DNA of 64,000 bases, from NCBI GenBank assembly GCA_020637055.1, contig JACJWR010000003.1, positions 393,550 through 457,549 of the forward strand, given 5' to 3'. Each line of letters starts with the position of its first letter. Position 1 is the first letter of the stretch. The DNA comes from Actinomycetota bacterium. GTDB lineage: Bacteria > Actinomycetota > Actinomycetes > S36-B12 > UBA10799. Both the position numbers and the translations under genes were made by a program. This document shows positions 33,106-44,211 of this stretch, piece after piece. A model generated the notes under the pieces. It ran no database searches. It was given only the letters and a program-made list of their open reading frames with translations, and had not been told where the DNA came from.

Positions 33106-35583
33106 CTAGCCGGCGCTGGCGTGCCAGATGCGGTCGAGGTAGTCGTTGATCGCCCGGTCGGAGGAGAAGTAGCCGGTCCGTGCGACGTTGAGGATCGCCA
33201 TCCGATTCCACAGATCCTGATCCTGGTATGTGGCGGACACACGATCCTGGATGTCGATGTACGAGCGGTAGTCGGCGAACACCAGGAACGGGTCGTTGTT
33301 CAGCAAGTGCCCGACGACGGCGTTGCCCGCCTCCCGGGCTGAACCCAGCAGCACACCGCCGGCGAGGGCATCGATGGCACGCCGAAGTTCCGGGTCGCTG
33401 TAGTAGTAGTCGCGGGGCTGGTACCCCGACTCCTGCAGTGCGGTGACCTCATCCACGGTGAGCCCGAACAGGAAGAAGTTGTCCTGGCCGACCAGTTGCT
33501 CGATCTCCACGTTGGCGCCGTCGAGCGTTCCCACGGTCAGGGCTCCGTTGAGGGCGAATTTCATGTTGCCGGTGCCGGAAGCCTCCTTGCCGGCCATCGA
33601 GATCTGTTCACTGAGTTCGGCGGCCGGCACGATCACCTGGTTGAGGACCACGTTGTAGTTGGCCGGGAACGCGATCCGCAGACGTCCGCGGACGGCCGGA
33701 TCGGAATCGATCGCCTTGGCGACCGCCAGGATCACCTCGATGGTCTGTTTGGCCATCAGATAACCCGGCGCTGCTTTGGCGCCGAACACGAACGTTCGCG
33801 GCACGATGTTGCTGGTCGGGTCGGCCTTGATCCGCTGGTAGAGGGTGACGATGTGGAGCAACTTCAGGATCTGCCGCTTGTACTCGTGCAGTCGCTTCAC
33901 CATCACGTCGTACATGGTCGCCGGGTCGACCTCGATGCCGTCGCGTTCGTGCAGGAGGCTGGCGAACCGTGCCTTGTTGGCGCGCTTGACGGCGGCGAAT
34001 TCCTCCCGGAACGACGCGTCGTCGGCGTAGGGGACCAGTTGTTCGAGGCGATCGAGATCTGACTCCCAGCCGGGTCCGATGGTGTCCGTGATCAGTTTGG
34101 ACAGGCCGGGGTTGGCGACCCGTAGGAACCTGCGGGGCGTGATGCCGTTGGTGACGTTGGTGAACTTCTCGGGCGACATCATCGAGAAGTCGTGCAGGAC
34201 CCGGTCGCGCAGCAGTTGCGAGTGCAGTTCGGCCACACCGTTGACCCGGTTGGAGCCGACGACGGCGAGGTGCGCCATCCGGACGCCCCGCCACGGTTCC
34301 TCCTGGATGATCGACATCCGGGAAAGAAGGTCGTATTCGCCGGGGTAGCGGGTGGCGACGTCGGCGAGGAACCGGGCGTTGATTTCGTAGATGATCTCCA
34401 TGTGCCGTGGGAGCAGGCGCTGGATGAGGTCGACCGACCAGACTTCGAGCGCTTCGGGCATCAAGGTGTGGCAGGTGTAGTTGAAGGTGTGGGTGGTGAT
34501 CTCCCAGGCGTCGTCCCAGAGCATGCCCTGCTCGTCGACCAGGATTCGCATGAGTTCGGGAATGCCGATCACCGGGTGCGTGTCGTTGAGTTGGAACACC
34601 ACCCGGTCGGGCAGTTTCGCCAGGTCGAAACCAGCCGGCAGGGTCTGGTCGAGGAAGTCGCGAATCGAGGCCGCGGTGAAGAAATACTGCTGGGAGAGGC
34701 GCAGCTCCTTGCCCTGCGGGGTGGAGTCCTCCGGGTAGAGCACCTTCGAGAGGTTCGACGCCTTCACCTGGTCCTCCACGGCGTCGACGTAGTCTCCGCG
34801 GTTGAAGATCGAGAGGTTGAATTCGTCGGGGGATTCGGCGGCCCAGAGTCGCAGCGTGTTTACCACGCCGTTGCGATAGCCGGGCACGAGGTAGTTGTAG
34901 GGCACCGCATTCACGGTGTACTCCGGAACCCAGGTGGTGCGCAGCTGGCCGAGGGCGTCCACGTGGCTCTCGGTGTGCCCGCCGAACCCGATGGTCTGCG
35001 ACATGTGAGTGTGCGGGAACTCCCAGGGATTGCCGCCCCCCAACCACTTGTCGGGCAGTTCCACCTGCTTGCCGTCTTCGAACACCTGCCGGAAGATGCC
35101 GTATTCGTAGCGGATTCCGTAGCCGACGGCCGGAATCCCGAGCGTTGCCAAGGAATCGATGTAGCAGGCAGCGAGGCGGCCCAGGCCGCCGTTGCCCAGG
35201 CCGGGTTCCGGTTCGATCGCCACCAGGGCATCGAGGTCGAGGCCCAACTCCGACAACGCCGCCCGCATCAACTCCTCGAGGTCGTAGGAGAGGAGGGTGT
35301 TGAGCAGTTGGGGACCGAGCAGGTATTCGGCGCTGAGATAGGCCACCACCTTGGGCCCGGTGACGAGTTGCTTCGCGAGGCGGTCCATCCAGTCCTGCAT
35401 CAGCAACCCGCGCACGGTGAGGCCGAGCGCCTGGTACAGGTCGTTCTCGGTGGCGCGGGTGAGATCGACGCCCTGTGTCGTCCGCAGATTCCGCATGAAT
35501 TCTTCTGCGAGTTGGGTGGGAGTGATGGCGGGGGGCACGAACTCAGTGGTCACGGCGTGGCCTTCCGATGGCGGACATCGCAC
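33106..35583 (-). CDS. glgP: glycogen/maltodextrin phosphorylase
   Basis: 825 aa. The EASGTGNMKF pyridoxal-phosphate motif and overall family pattern are present. The start may be GTG 35553. Confidence 0.9.
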   Translation of the reverse strand: MRCPPSEGHAVTTEFVPPAITPTQLAEEFMRNLRTTQGVDLTRATENDLYQALGLTVRGLLMQDWMDRLAKQLVTGPKVVAYLSAEYLLGPQLLNTLLSYDLEELMRAALSELGLDLDALVAIEPEPGLGNGGLGRLAACYIDSLATLGIPAVGYGIRYEYGIFRQVFEDGKQVELPDKWLGGGNPWEFPHTHMSQTIGFGGHTESHVDALGQLRTTWVPEYTVNAVPYNYLVPGYRNGVVNTLRLWAAESPDEFNLSIFNRGDYVDAVEDQVKASNLSKVLYPEDSTPQGKELRLSQQYFFTAASIRDFLDQTLPAGFDLAKLPDRVVFQLNDTHPVIGIPELMRILVDEQGMLWDDAWEITTHTFNYTCHTLMPEALEVWSVDLIQRLLPRHMEIIYEINARFLADVATRYPGEYDLLSRMSIIQEEPWRGVRMAHLAVVGSNRVNGVAELHSQLLRDRVLHDFSMMSPEKFTNVTNGITPRRFLRVANPGLSKLITDTIGPGWESDLDRLEQLVPYADDASFREEFAAVKRANKARFASLLHERDGIEVDPATMYDVMVKRLHEYKRQILKLLHIVTLYQRIKADPTSNIVPRTFVFGAKAAPGYLMAKQTIEVILAVAKAIDSDPAVRGRLRIAFPANYNVVLNQVIVPAAELSEQISMAGKEASGTGNMKFALNGALTVGTLDGANVEIEQLVGQDNFFLFGLTVDEVTALQESGYQPRDYYYSDPELRRAIDALAGGVLLGSAREAGNAVVGHLLNNDPFLVFADYRSYIDIQDRVSATYQDQDLWNRMAILNVARTGYFSSDRAINDYLDRIWHASAG

Positions 35584-35620
35584 GCCAGCGTAGTCCGACA
35601 GAAGCGGTCATGCGATCCAT

Positions 35621-36520
35621 GTGGCACTTCCGATCGGCGGGGGATTGCCTATCCTGAAGTCCGTGCACATCCGACCCGGCGACCCGCTTCGCAGTTATGC
35701 GGTGCCGCTCACGCCGAGGCCGTATCGGATGGTGGTGGGAACGCGTCCGACATCGAAGTGGTTGTTGCCCGGGGTCGACGGCCCGCCGCAGTTGGCTGCC
35801 AAGGTGGAGGTCCTGCGGAAACACGCCGGCGCGGCCGTGGCAGTGTTGCCGGGAGCCGAACACGGCGTAGAACTGCTCGCCGACCTGGTCGATTCGACCG
35901 TTCCTGCCGGATCGGACGACGGCTCAGGTCACCGAATGGCAGGTTCCGCCCCCGAACAGGCCCTGGCGTCGGTCGCCCTGCGGGTTCAGGAGGACCTCTG
36001 TCTGCTGCAGCGCCGATCGGGGCAATGGCGACTGTGGGCGGCCTGCGTCTGTTTCCCGAGCCACTGGCGCCTGACCGAGAAGATCGGGGCCGGCCTCGAC
36101 GCCATACATGGCCCGGTGCCCGGCTATCGGCAGCGGTTGGCCACGGCCAGCACCAAGGTGTTGGATCGCCTCGCCGGGACCACGGAGATCGTGGAGCGAT
36201 TCAACTGGGTCCTGGTGGACACCCCCCGGCTGTACACACCCCGCGCCGAGCGGTTCGGCGACGCCGAACCAAGGTCGGATGTGGACGGGCTGTGGTTGCG
36301 GACGGAGCGGCAAACCCTTCGGGCCCTCCCCGGAGATCTGGGTCTGGTGTTCACCATCCGGACCTTCGTCACCCCGCTGACCGACCTCACGCGACCGGAA
36401 CGCGGGGCGCTGGCAAAGTCCATGCACGGCATATCCGACGAATTGCACAAGTATCGGTCGTCGCTTCGCTACCGTAATGTCGTCATGAGTTGGCTTGCAG
36501 CCTCCGAGCGCACCGTCTGA
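35621..36520 (+). CDS. DUF3445-family protein (heme-dependent oxidative N-demethylase-like)
   Basis: VQEDLCLLQRR...FPSHWRL.EKIG..L..IHGPVPGY...ERFNW.L...ERQTLRALP; the family pattern was recognised from memory. Confidence 0.6.
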   Translation: MALPIGGGLPILKSVHIRPGDPLRSYAVPLTPRPYRMVVGTRPTSKWLLPGVDGPPQLAAKVEVLRKHAGAAVAVLPGAEHGVELLADLVDSTVPAGSDDGSGHRMAGSAPEQALASVALRVQEDLCLLQRRSGQWRLWAACVCFPSHWRLTEKIGAGLDAIHGPVPGYRQRLATASTKVLDRLAGTTEIVERFNWVLVDTPRLYTPRAERFGDAEPRSDVDGLWLRTERQTLRALPGDLGLVFTIRTFVTPLTDLTRPERGALAKSMHGISDELHKYRSSLRYRNVVMSWLAASERTV

Positions 36521-36665
36521 GCGCCTCGATGGGTGTGACGCCTGTGACTGATGGGGTTCAGGAGACGGGTGTTGCCATTTCGATGTGCGTTGCTATAGTT
36601 GCGCCTGTCAAACCGAACTTCACGAGGGCGCAGGGGAAGGCGACTCTCAAACGAGGAGGACGGTC

Positions 36666-37208
36666 GTGACATCACACACTGGCGTGGCTGGCGGCGCAAA
36701 CCAAGCGCGTGGCGTCGTGTTCGTCCACACCTGCACAAAAGCGATGAGTGCTCACGTGTCGTGGGCGCTCGAACGAGTGCTGGACTCCGAGGTGAACTTG
36801 GAGTTCACACCGCAACCGGCCCTAGAAGGGGCGCTGCGGTGCGAATACGCCTGGCACGGCACCCCCGGAACGGGATCCCGAATCGCCACCGAGTTGAGGG
36901 CCTTTCCCGGCCTTCGGTTTGAGGTGACGGAGGATCCGACGCCCGGCGCCGACGGCGAACGTTATTCATGCACCCCGGAGTTGGGGATTTTCCGCGCCAC
37001 GATCGCCACCAACGGCGATGTGCTCGTCGGCGAGGAGCAACTGCGCGAGATGCTCGGCCGGTCCATGGCCGCCTCGATCCTCGGCGAAGAGTTCAACATG
37101 GAAGACGAACTCGAGTTGCTCATGGGCCGCCCGTGGGACGACGAACTCGAACCCTTCCGGCACGCCGGCGACGGCGCCCCGGTGCGGTGGCTCAACCAGG
37201 TCGGTTGA
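36666..37208 (+). CDS. DUF3145-family protein
   Basis: RGVVFVHTC...HVSWALERVL...LRCEYAWHGTPGTGSRIATELRAFPGLRFEVTEDPTPGADGERYSCTPELGIF. GTG 36666 is preceded by gaggagga. It neighbours aceE, as is common. Confidence 0.7.
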   Translation: MTSHTGVAGGANQARGVVFVHTCTKAMSAHVSWALERVLDSEVNLEFTPQPALEGALRCEYAWHGTPGTGSRIATELRAFPGLRFEVTEDPTPGADGERYSCTPELGIFRATIATNGDVLVGEEQLREMLGRSMAASILGEEFNMEDELELLMGRPWDDELEPFRHAGDGAPVRWLNQVG

Positions 37209-37221
37209 CCCGGCCGGCGCC

Positions 37222-39951
37222 TCAGCCGCCACCTTCGGTGCTGCCCGCGTCGGCGGCGGCGGGGTCCCACAACCGGTAGCGGTTGATCGCCTCGGCCACC
37301 GTCGCAGCTGGGATCTCGCCGCGTCGGGAGAGCGCCGACAGCGTCTGCACCGCGATCGATTCCGCATCGACCAGGAAATGGCGGCGCAGGGCTCCTCGGG
37401 TGTCCGACATGCCCCAGCCGTCGGTGCCCAGGGTGTAGTAGTCGCTCGGCACCCAGGGCCGGATGAGATCCTGAACAGCCGTCATGTAGTCCGACACCGC
37501 CACCACCGGACCTGGCCGGCCGGTCAGCTTCTGGGTGACGAACGCGGTCTGCGGGGGTTCGGTGGGTCGGGTCAAGTTGTGCCGGTCCACCGCAAGGCCG
37601 TCGCGGCGGAGTTCCGTCCAGGACGTCACCGACCACACGGCGGCCTGAACGCCCCATTCGTCGGCCAGGAGCCGTTGCGCCTTCATCGCCCATGGCAGGG
37701 CGATGCCGGCGGCGAGGATCTGCGCCTGCGGCCCCTCCGACGACGCGGCGGGGGAGACCAGGTGCATCCCCTTGAGGATGCCGTCGACGTCCACATCGGC
37801 CGGTTGGGCGGGTTGCGGGATCGGCTCGTTGTAGACGGTGAGGTAGTAGAAGATGTCTTCGGAGTTCTCGCCGTACATGCGCCGCAGACCGTCCTTGACG
37901 ATGTGCACGATCTCATAGGCGTAGGCCGGGTCGTAGTAGACGACCACCGGATTGGTCGCCGCCATCAACGGCGAATGGCCGTCCTCGTGCTGCAGCCCTT
38001 CACCGTTGAGCGTGGTCCGGCCCGCGGTGGCGCCGATGACGAATCCGCGGACCCGTTGATCCATCGCCAGCCAGAACTGGTCGCCGGTGCGCTGGTAGCC
38101 GAACATCGAATAGAAGATGTAGACCGGGATCATCGGCTCGTCGTGGGTGGAGTAGGACGTGCCCGCCGCGGCGAAGGTCGCCATCGACCCCGCCTCGTTG
38201 ATCCCTTCGTGCAGGATCTGCCCGGCGGTACTCTCTTTGTAGGACAGCAGCAGTTCGCGGTCCACTGCGGTGTAGAGCTGGCCGTGCTGGTTGAAGATCT
38301 TCTGGGTCGGGAACATGGCGTCCATACCGAAGGTCCGCGCCTCATCCGGAATGATGGGCACGATCCGATGGCCGATCTCCGGATCCTTGACGAGGTCCTT
38401 GAGCAGCCGGACGAAGGCCATCGTGGTGGCCACCTCCTGCTTGCCGGAGCCTTTCGTCATGACTTCGTAGACCTTGTCGCCCGGCAGCACCAACGGCCGT
38501 GATTCGTCGTGCCGACTCGGGACGAAGCCGCCGAGATCCCGACGGTGGTCGAGCGCGTATTGCACCACCGGGTCGTCGATGCCCGGGTTGTAGTACGGCG
38601 GCAGGTACGGGTCGAGTTCCGAGTCCGGGATCGGGATCTCGAGGCGGTCCCGCAGGCCTTTGATGTCGTCGAGGGTGAGCTTCTTCATCTGGTGGGTGGA
38701 GTTGCGGCCCTCGAAGTGGGATCCGAGCGTGTAGCCCTTGACAGTCTTGGCGAGGATGACCGTGGGGCGGCCCTTGTGGGCCAACGCCGCCGAGTAGGCG
38801 GCATTCAGTTTCGTGTAGTCGTGCCCTCCGCGGTAGAGCGCCCAGATCTGGTCGTCGCTCCAGTCGGCCACCATGGCGGCCGTGCGCGGGTCCCGGTTGA
38901 AGAAGTACTCGCGGATGAAGCCGCCGTCTTCGGCCTTCATCGTCTGATAGTCGCCGTCAAGGGTGTTGTTCATGAGGTTCACCAGCGCACCGTCGGTGTC
39001 CTGCGCCAGCAGTTGATCCCACGGGGTTCCCCAGATCACCTTGATGACGTTCCAGCCGGCTCCGCGGTAGAGCGCCTCCAACTCCTGGATGATCTTGCCG
39101 TTGCCGTTGACCGGACCGTCGAGGCGCTGCAGGTTGCAGTTGATGACGAAGGTCAGGTTGTCCAGTTCTTCACGCGCGGCGAGGTTGATCTTGCCCAGCG
39201 TCTCCGGTTCGTCCGTCTCACCGTCGCCGACGAAGGCCCACACATGCTGCTCTGAGGTGTCTTTGATGCCTCGGCCGGTGAGGTACCGGTTGAACCGTGC
39301 CTGGTAGATCGCGTGCAGCGGACCCAGACCCATCGAAACGGTCGGGAACTGCCAGTAGCCGGGCATCAGCCGCGGATGCGGATAGGAGGGCAGACCGCCC
39401 CCGGCATGCGACAGTTCTTGTCGGAATCCATCCATCAGGTCGGCGCCGAAGCGGCCGAGCAGGAAGGAGCGGGCGTAGATTCCGGGGGAGGCGTGGCCTT
39501 GGAAGAACACCTGGTCGCCACCGCCAGGGTGGTCGGGACCGCGGAAGTAGTGGTTGAAGGCAACCTCGTAGAGCGTCGCCGAAGAGGCGAAGGTGGAGAT
39601 GTGGCCGCCGACTCCGATACCGGGACGCTGCGCCCGGTGCACCATCATGGCGGCGTTCCAGCGCACCATCTTGGCGAACCGCTTCTCGGTGGCGATATCG
39701 CCGGGGTACACCGGTTCATCCTCGGGGTGGATGGTGTTGATGTAGTCCGTCTGCCGGACATCCGGCACGCCCAGATCGAGCTCCGAGGCGCGGCGCTGCA
39801 GTTCGCGCAGCAGGAATCGCGCCCGGTCGGCGCCCTCCTCCCGCGCCAAGGCGTCCAGTGAGTCCAACCACTCCTGGCTTTCGCCCGGATCGGGGTCGAC
39901 GTACTGGTGGGGTAGCGGGAGCGGTGACTTGACGATCCGTGGTTCGGTCAC
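37222..39951 (-). CDS. aceE: pyruvate dehydrogenase E1 component (homodimeric type)
   Basis: A 909-aa protein reading [15 protein letters not shown]..., [24 protein letters not shown] and onward. Confidence 0.92.
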   Translation of the reverse strand: MTEPRIVKSPLPLPHQYVDPDPGESQEWLDSLDALAREEGADRARFLLRELQRRASELDLGVPDVRQTDYINTIHPEDEPVYPGDIATEKRFAKMVRWNAAMMVHRAQRPGIGVGGHISTFASSATLYEVAFNHYFRGPDHPGGGDQVFFQGHASPGIYARSFLLGRFGADLMDGFRQELSHAGGGLPSYPHPRLMPGYWQFPTVSMGLGPLHAIYQARFNRYLTGRGIKDTSEQHVWAFVGDGETDEPETLGKINLAAREELDNLTFVINCNLQRLDGPVNGNGKIIQELEALYRGAGWNVIKVIWGTPWDQLLAQDTDGALVNLMNNTLDGDYQTMKAEDGGFIREYFFNRDPRTAAMVADWSDDQIWALYRGGHDYTKLNAAYSAALAHKGRPTVILAKTVKGYTLGSHFEGRNSTHQMKKLTLDDIKGLRDRLEIPIPDSELDPYLPPYYNPGIDDPVVQYALDHRRDLGGFVPSRHDESRPLVLPGDKVYEVMTKGSGKQEVATTMAFVRLLKDLVKDPEIGHRIVPIIPDEARTFGMDAMFPTQKIFNQHGQLYTAVDRELLLSYKESTAGQILHEGINEAGSMATFAAAGTSYSTHDEPMIPVYIFYSMFGYQRTGDQFWLAMDQRVRGFVIGATAGRTTLNGEGLQHEDGHSPLMAATNPVVVYYDPAYAYEIVHIVKDGLRRMYGENSEDIFYYLTVYNEPIPQPAQPADVDVDGILKGMHLVSPAASSEGPQAQILAAGIALPWAMKAQRLLADEWGVQAAVWSVTSWTELRRDGLAVDRHNLTRPTEPPQTAFVTQKLTGRPGPVVAVSDYMTAVQDLIRPWVPSDYYTLGTDGWGMSDTRGALRRHFLVDAESIAVQTLSALSRRGEIPAATVAEAINRYRLWDPAAADAGSTEGGG

Positions 39952-39992
39952 AAGAGTCTCCTGGACGTCCGTGGATAGGTGAGTGGGCGGAG

Positions 39993-40811
39993 CTAGTCGC
40001 TGTGGGCGGCGGGCGCGGTCAGCGGGCCGAGGTTGTCCGGCGCGGAGAAGGACTTCTTGAACGATCGCGCCACGGTGGCTGCCTGGAATCCGTCGACGAA
40101 CCGGTGATCCAGCGTGGCGGTGATCGTGAGCCCCTTGCGCACCTCGGGTTTGCCGTCGATGGGGAACACCATGTCCCGGATCGCGCCCACTGCGATGTAG
40201 AGCGGCACCCGGGCGAAGGGCGTCGGCGGCACGAAGGCCTCGTCCACCCCGAGCATGCCGACACTGGTGATGATGCCGGCACCGAATGGGTAGGCGGGTT
40301 GTCCGCCGAACGTGCGTCCCATGGAAGTCGTCATGAAGCCAGCCAGGCTGAAGACCCGCCGCAATGCCCAGGTGGGCATCTTGGAGGCGATATCGGCACT
40401 CTTCTTGAAGTTCTCGTCTTGACCGCTGCGCACGTGGCTCGCACCCGACTGCAGGCGTTTGGCCACCTCCGCCGGGGTGAGGGTGTCGATGTTCTTGACC
40501 AGCACCTGGGCCAGCTGCTTGCCACCGTCGACCTGCACCAGGAACGAGATGTTGACGTCGTCATAGGCGTAGTACTTGCCGAACGCGATGTAGCCGTTCA
40601 GCGTCGGCTCCAGGGCCAGAGCCCGCCCAAGCGCCGCGCCGATGAAGGACGTGATGGTGACCTTCTCGCCGGTCACCTCCCGGGCTCGTTCGATGTAGTC
40701 GAGCACGGCGGTCGCGTCCAGGGTGATGACTCCCTGGATCAAACCCTCATGCGGTGGTTTCCAGGTGGCGATGGTCATCCGGCGACGCGTCGACATCAGT
40801 TCACGGGGCAT
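39993..40811 (-). CDS. 2-oxoacid dehydrogenase acyltransferase catalytic-domain protein (stand-alone)
   Basis: [14 protein letters not shown] is the DHRxxDG active-site motif. Start set at ATG 40811 ([11 protein letters not shown]). Confidence 0.7.
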   Translation of the reverse strand: MPRELMSTRRRMTIATWKPPHEGLIQGVITLDATAVLDYIERAREVTGEKVTITSFIGAALGRALALEPTLNGYIAFGKYYAYDDVNISFLVQVDGGKQLAQVLVKNIDTLTPAEVAKRLQSGASHVRSGQDENFKKSADIASKMPTWALRRVFSLAGFMTTSMGRTFGGQPAYPFGAGIITSVGMLGVDEAFVPPTPFARVPLYIAVGAIRDMVFPIDGKPEVRKGLTITATLDHRFVDGFQAATVARSFKKSFSAPDNLGPLTAPAAHSD

Positions 40812-40819
40812 ATCGGGTC

Positions 40820-41227
40820 CTATCGCTTTGCTCGTGGGCTCACAAGGCGGGTGCCCTGCCAGTCTTTGGATGCGCTGATGGTGCTGGTCTGTTGCAGGCC
40901 GGCAACGGGAGCGGCCTCGGCGATGTCGGCGGCTTCGATGTGTCCCTCGCGGCCGGACTTCGGGGTGAGCAACCACACCGTTCCGTGGTCCGCGAGCGGT
41001 GTGATGGCGTCCATCAGGGCATCGACCAGATCGCCGTCCTCGTCGCGCCACCAGAGCAGCACGACATCGACGACCTCGTCGGAGTCCTCATCGAGGAGGT
41101 CGCCGGCGGCCGCCTCGGCCACCACTGCGCGGAGCGATTCGTCGCAGTCGGAGTCCCACCCGATCTCCATCACCGCTTCGCCGGCCTTGACGCCAAGCGC
41201 ATTGGCCGGACCCGTGGTCGCCGTCAA
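40820..41227 (-). CDS. DUF3052-family protein
   Basis: LGVKAGEAVMEIGWDSDCDE...VDVVLLWWRDEDGDLVDAL; this is the conserved aceE-neighbourhood gene. Confidence 0.6.
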   Translation of the reverse strand: MTATTGPANALGVKAGEAVMEIGWDSDCDESLRAVVAEAAAGDLLDEDSDEVVDVVLLWWRDEDGDLVDALMDAITPLADHGTVWLLTPKSGREGHIEAADIAEAAPVAGLQQTSTISASKDWQGTRLVSPRAKR

Positions 41228-41353
41228 CGTTCCTCCCTCGCCTGAGCGGACTGCGAAACCGCAGCCCGCGAGTTAGTCCACCCGACGACGGGTGGCTCAT
41301 GCAACATCTGTGCCCATATTGCCCGTAACTGGGGCCCGAAGCGGCCCCACGGC

Positions 41354-42268
41354 TCAGCGGCCGAACGGCAGTTTCGACAGCAGCGTGGTCACCGTGCCCA
41401 GGTAGCGTCCCGCACGTGCCAGGGCAGCGCCACCCGGCAGGCCGGGAACGGTCTCCACCACCGGCACCCAGTTGAGCAGGCCGGAGACATCGTGCAACCG
41501 CAGTGACCCTGATCGGTACAGCCCCGCCACGTCGGCGCGCCCGGCCGTCACCGTGAGCACCGTCGCCACGTCCGCGATGACCGCCGGGCCGGCCGCCTGC
41601 GGGTCGGCCTCGCTGACGTCGCGGGTGCACCAACTCCCGTCAGCTGCACCGGTGCCGATCTGCCGTCCCGGCACGCGAGCTGTGATGGAAGCCGCCACCC
41701 CGGCCCGCGCCGCGAAGGCGCCGGTGGTGTCGACGAGGGCATTGAGACCGGCATCGAGCAGGTCCGCCGGGGCCTCCCCGACCACCGCCGCGAGATCAAG
41801 TGAGATCAGCGCCATCGGGTAGGCGGCCCCGTGGATGGCGGTGAGCAGTGGCAGCGGGCCGAGCGCCGTGGGCGTCGGCAGCAGCGATTCGGCCGACCAG
41901 TCCGGATCGGACTCCAGCCAACGCGCCAGCGAATCCCGGGATCGGCGCAGCGCCGCAGTGAGTTCAGCGGAGGTGGGTCGGGCCGGGATTTCCGGCGCAC
42001 TGCCGGGAGTGGGTTCGCCGACCCGACCCGCCCTGGCGTCGGTGAGCATGTCGTCCAGCGTCCGGCTTCCTGGCCAGGTGCCCATCTCGGCCACCGCCTC
42101 GCCGGCTGAGCGCTTGCGCACCGGCATTGCCGGATCGACCCCAGAGGTGAATTCGATGAACAGATCCCAAGCGGCTAGCGTTGTCGCAACCAGCGCGAGG
42201 GGATCAGTGGTGGCAAGACCCTGCTCGCCGGGCGATGGCTGCAACAACGGCGGAGGTATCTCGCTCAC
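41354..42268 (-). CDS. hypothetical protein
   Basis: A 304-aa ORF with high third-position G+C and no motif that I recognised. Confidence 0.5.
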   Translation of the reverse strand: MSEIPPPLLQPSPGEQGLATTDPLALVATTLAAWDLFIEFTSGVDPAMPVRKRSAGEAVAEMGTWPGSRTLDDMLTDARAGRVGEPTPGSAPEIPARPTSAELTAALRRSRDSLARWLESDPDWSAESLLPTPTALGPLPLLTAIHGAAYPMALISLDLAAVVGEAPADLLDAGLNALVDTTGAFAARAGVAASITARVPGRQIGTGAADGSWCTRDVSEADPQAAGPAVIADVATVLTVTAGRADVAGLYRSGSLRLHDVSGLLNWVPVVETVPGLPGGAALARAGRYLGTVTTLLSKLPFGR

Positions 42269-42305
42269 GCCACATGCTTACACATCATCGGATTGCGAGG
42301 AGATC

Positions 42306-42767
42306 ATGTCTGTTCAGCTGGGCACCCCGGCACCGGATTTCGAACTTCCAAACCAGCACGGTCAGAAGGTTCGACTCTCCGATTTCCGCGGTAAGAAGAA
42401 TGTCGTCGTCGTGTTCTATCCCTTCGCCTTCACGGGGGTATGCACCGGCGAGCTCTGTGTCATCCGCGATGAGGTGTCCGACTTCGTCGCCGACGGAGTC
42501 GAGACCCTGGCGATATCCTGCGACCCGGTGCCTTCGCTGAAGGTGTTCGCCGAGTCGAACGACCTCGGCTACTCGCTGTTGTCGGATTTCTGGCCGCACG
42601 GGGAGACCGCCAAGGCCTACGGCGTGTTCCTGCCGGACACCGGTTTCGCCACCCGCGGCACGTTCATCATCGACACCGAAGGGATCGTGCGCTGGAGCGT
42701 CGTCAACGGCCCCGGTGAGGCGCGTTCGACCGACGAGTACCGGGCAGCGTTGGCACAACTGGGCTGA
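42306..42767 (+). CDS. peroxiredoxin (AhpE/Bcp-like)
   Basis: APDFELPNQHGQKVRLSDFRGKKNVVVVFYPFAFTGVCTGELC. Confidence 0.85.
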   Translation: MSVQLGTPAPDFELPNQHGQKVRLSDFRGKKNVVVVFYPFAFTGVCTGELCVIRDEVSDFVADGVETLAISCDPVPSLKVFAESNDLGYSLLSDFWPHGETAKAYGVFLPDTGFATRGTFIIDTEGIVRWSVVNGPGEARSTDEYRAALAQLG

Positions 42768-42795
42768 CGACGTCACCGGAGGCCGACGGTGCGAG

Positions 42796-42868
42796 TGGGC
42801 CCGGCCGGACTCGAACCGACGACCTACCCGGTGTAAACGGGGTGCGCTACCAGCTGCGCTACGGGCCC
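42796..42868 (-). tRNA. tRNA-Val (anticodon TAC)
   Basis: The minus strand reads gggcccgtagcgcagctggtagcgcaccccgttTACaccgggtaggtcgtcggttcgagtccggccgggccca. Confidence 0.85.
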
Positions 42869-43029
42869 GCGCATGAGCGTAGAGCAGGGGCGCGATGGAA
42901 TGGGCCCGACCCCCGGGTCTCGGGCCGTCGGGGGTCGGGCCCGGCTCAATCATGAGCCCGGTCGACGGTGGGCGCATCTCGGGCGAGCGCGACGCGTCCT
43001 CCCGTTACGGGAGGCTCTACCGTGGACCC

Positions 43030-44211
43030 ATGCCAGCCGAGCCCGGAGTTGCCCCGCCGGTGGATCTTTCCGCAGTGGTCGCCGTCATGGCGGACTTGTA
43101 CCCGCCGTGGTTGGCCGAGTCGTGGGACGCCGTGGGTTTGGTCTGTGGCGCCCCCCAGCAGTCGGTGACCAGGGTGCTGGTGGCCATCGACCCCACCGAG
43201 GAGGTCGTCCGGGAAGCGTTGGACTGGGGGGCGGATCTGTTGATCTGCCACCACCCGAGGCTGCTGACAGGTGTGCACGGAGTGCCGGCGACGACGGCGG
43301 CCGGACGGGTGGTGCACCGGCTGATCGAGGGTTCGTGTGCGCTGCTGACGGCTCACACCAACGCCGACGCCGCAACTCCCGGAGTGTCCGATGCGCTGGC
43401 CGAACTTCTCGGGTTGGTGGATCTCACGGTGCTGCAGCGAGAGCCGGAGGCCGCTGGAACCCACCTGCTCGTCACCTACCTGCCACACGACTACGTCGAC
43501 CCGGTGATCGACGCGGTATCGGCGGCAGGCGCAGGCGTCGTCGGTGACTACCGGCGCTGTGCTTTCACCTCGGATGGGCGTGGTACCTACGAGGTTCCCG
43601 TCGACGGGGCTCCGTTCCTCGGCGAGCCCGGGCAGCGTGCCGGGGCCGACGAAATCCGAATCGAGATGACACTTCCCGCGGCCCGGTTGGCCGCGGTGCT
43701 GGCGGCGCTTCGATCCGCCCACCCGTACGAAGAACCGGCCTTCGAGGTGCTCCCGGTCATCGAGGCGCCGCGGCAGACCGGCATCGGTCGTGTGGGACAT
43801 CTGGCCGAACCCATGACCCTGGCCGGGTTCGCCGAGCGTGTCGCCGAGCGCTTGCCGGCAACTGCGGCCGGGGTGCGCTTCGCCGGCGCCCCGCACCGAC
43901 TGATCCGAAGAGTGGCGGTTTGTGGGGGAGCCGGCGATTCCCTGCTGTCCGATGCCGACGCGGCCGGCGTCGACGTATTCGTCACGGCGGATCTGCGGCA
44001 CCACCGTGCTCTGGATCACCTTGCCGAAGGGGGCTGCGCGCTGATCGATGTGCCTCACTGGGCGAGCGAGTGGCCCTGGTGTGCCCAGGTGGCGAGGCTG
44101 CTGCCCCCGGCTCTGGTGGCGGCGCTGGGGCCAGCAGCGGATAGCGTGGAGGTGCGAGTTTCCCGCTTGCCCACCGATCCCTGGACCGAACACCTGAGGA
44201 GTCCCGTGTGA
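43030..44211 (+). CDS. Nif3-like dinuclear metal centre protein
   Basis: AESWD.VGL..G, LLICHHP, and LTAHTNADAA.PGVSDALA. Confidence 0.8.
   Translation: MPAEPGVAPPVDLSAVVAVMADLYPPWLAESWDAVGLVCGAPQQSVTRVLVAIDPTEEVVREALDWGADLLICHHPRLLTGVHGVPATTAAGRVVHRLIEGSCALLTAHTNADAATPGVSDALAELLGLVDLTVLQREPEAAGTHLLVTYLPHDYVDPVIDAVSAAGAGVVGDYRRCAFTSDGRGTYEVPVDGAPFLGEPGQRAGADEIRIEMTLPAARLAAVLAALRSAHPYEEPAFEVLPVIEAPRQTGIGRVGHLAEPMTLAGFAERVAERLPATAAGVRFAGAPHRLIRRVAVCGGAGDSLLSDADAAGVDVFVTADLRHHRALDHLAEGGCALIDVPHWASEWPWCAQVARLLPPALVAALGPAADSVEVRVSRLPTDPWTEHLRSPV

Noticed and set aside
34192-36477. A 761-aa + ORF, together with other very long ORFs antisense to glgP, aceE, dus, glnA and nadE (for example 37018..38502, 6130..7446, 55936..57273, 54869..55975)
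   Set aside because: They lie opposite genes with unambiguous family motifs, and their translations are Arg/Gly/Pro/His-rich with no recognisable domains. High-GC genomes lack stop codons on the antisense strand.
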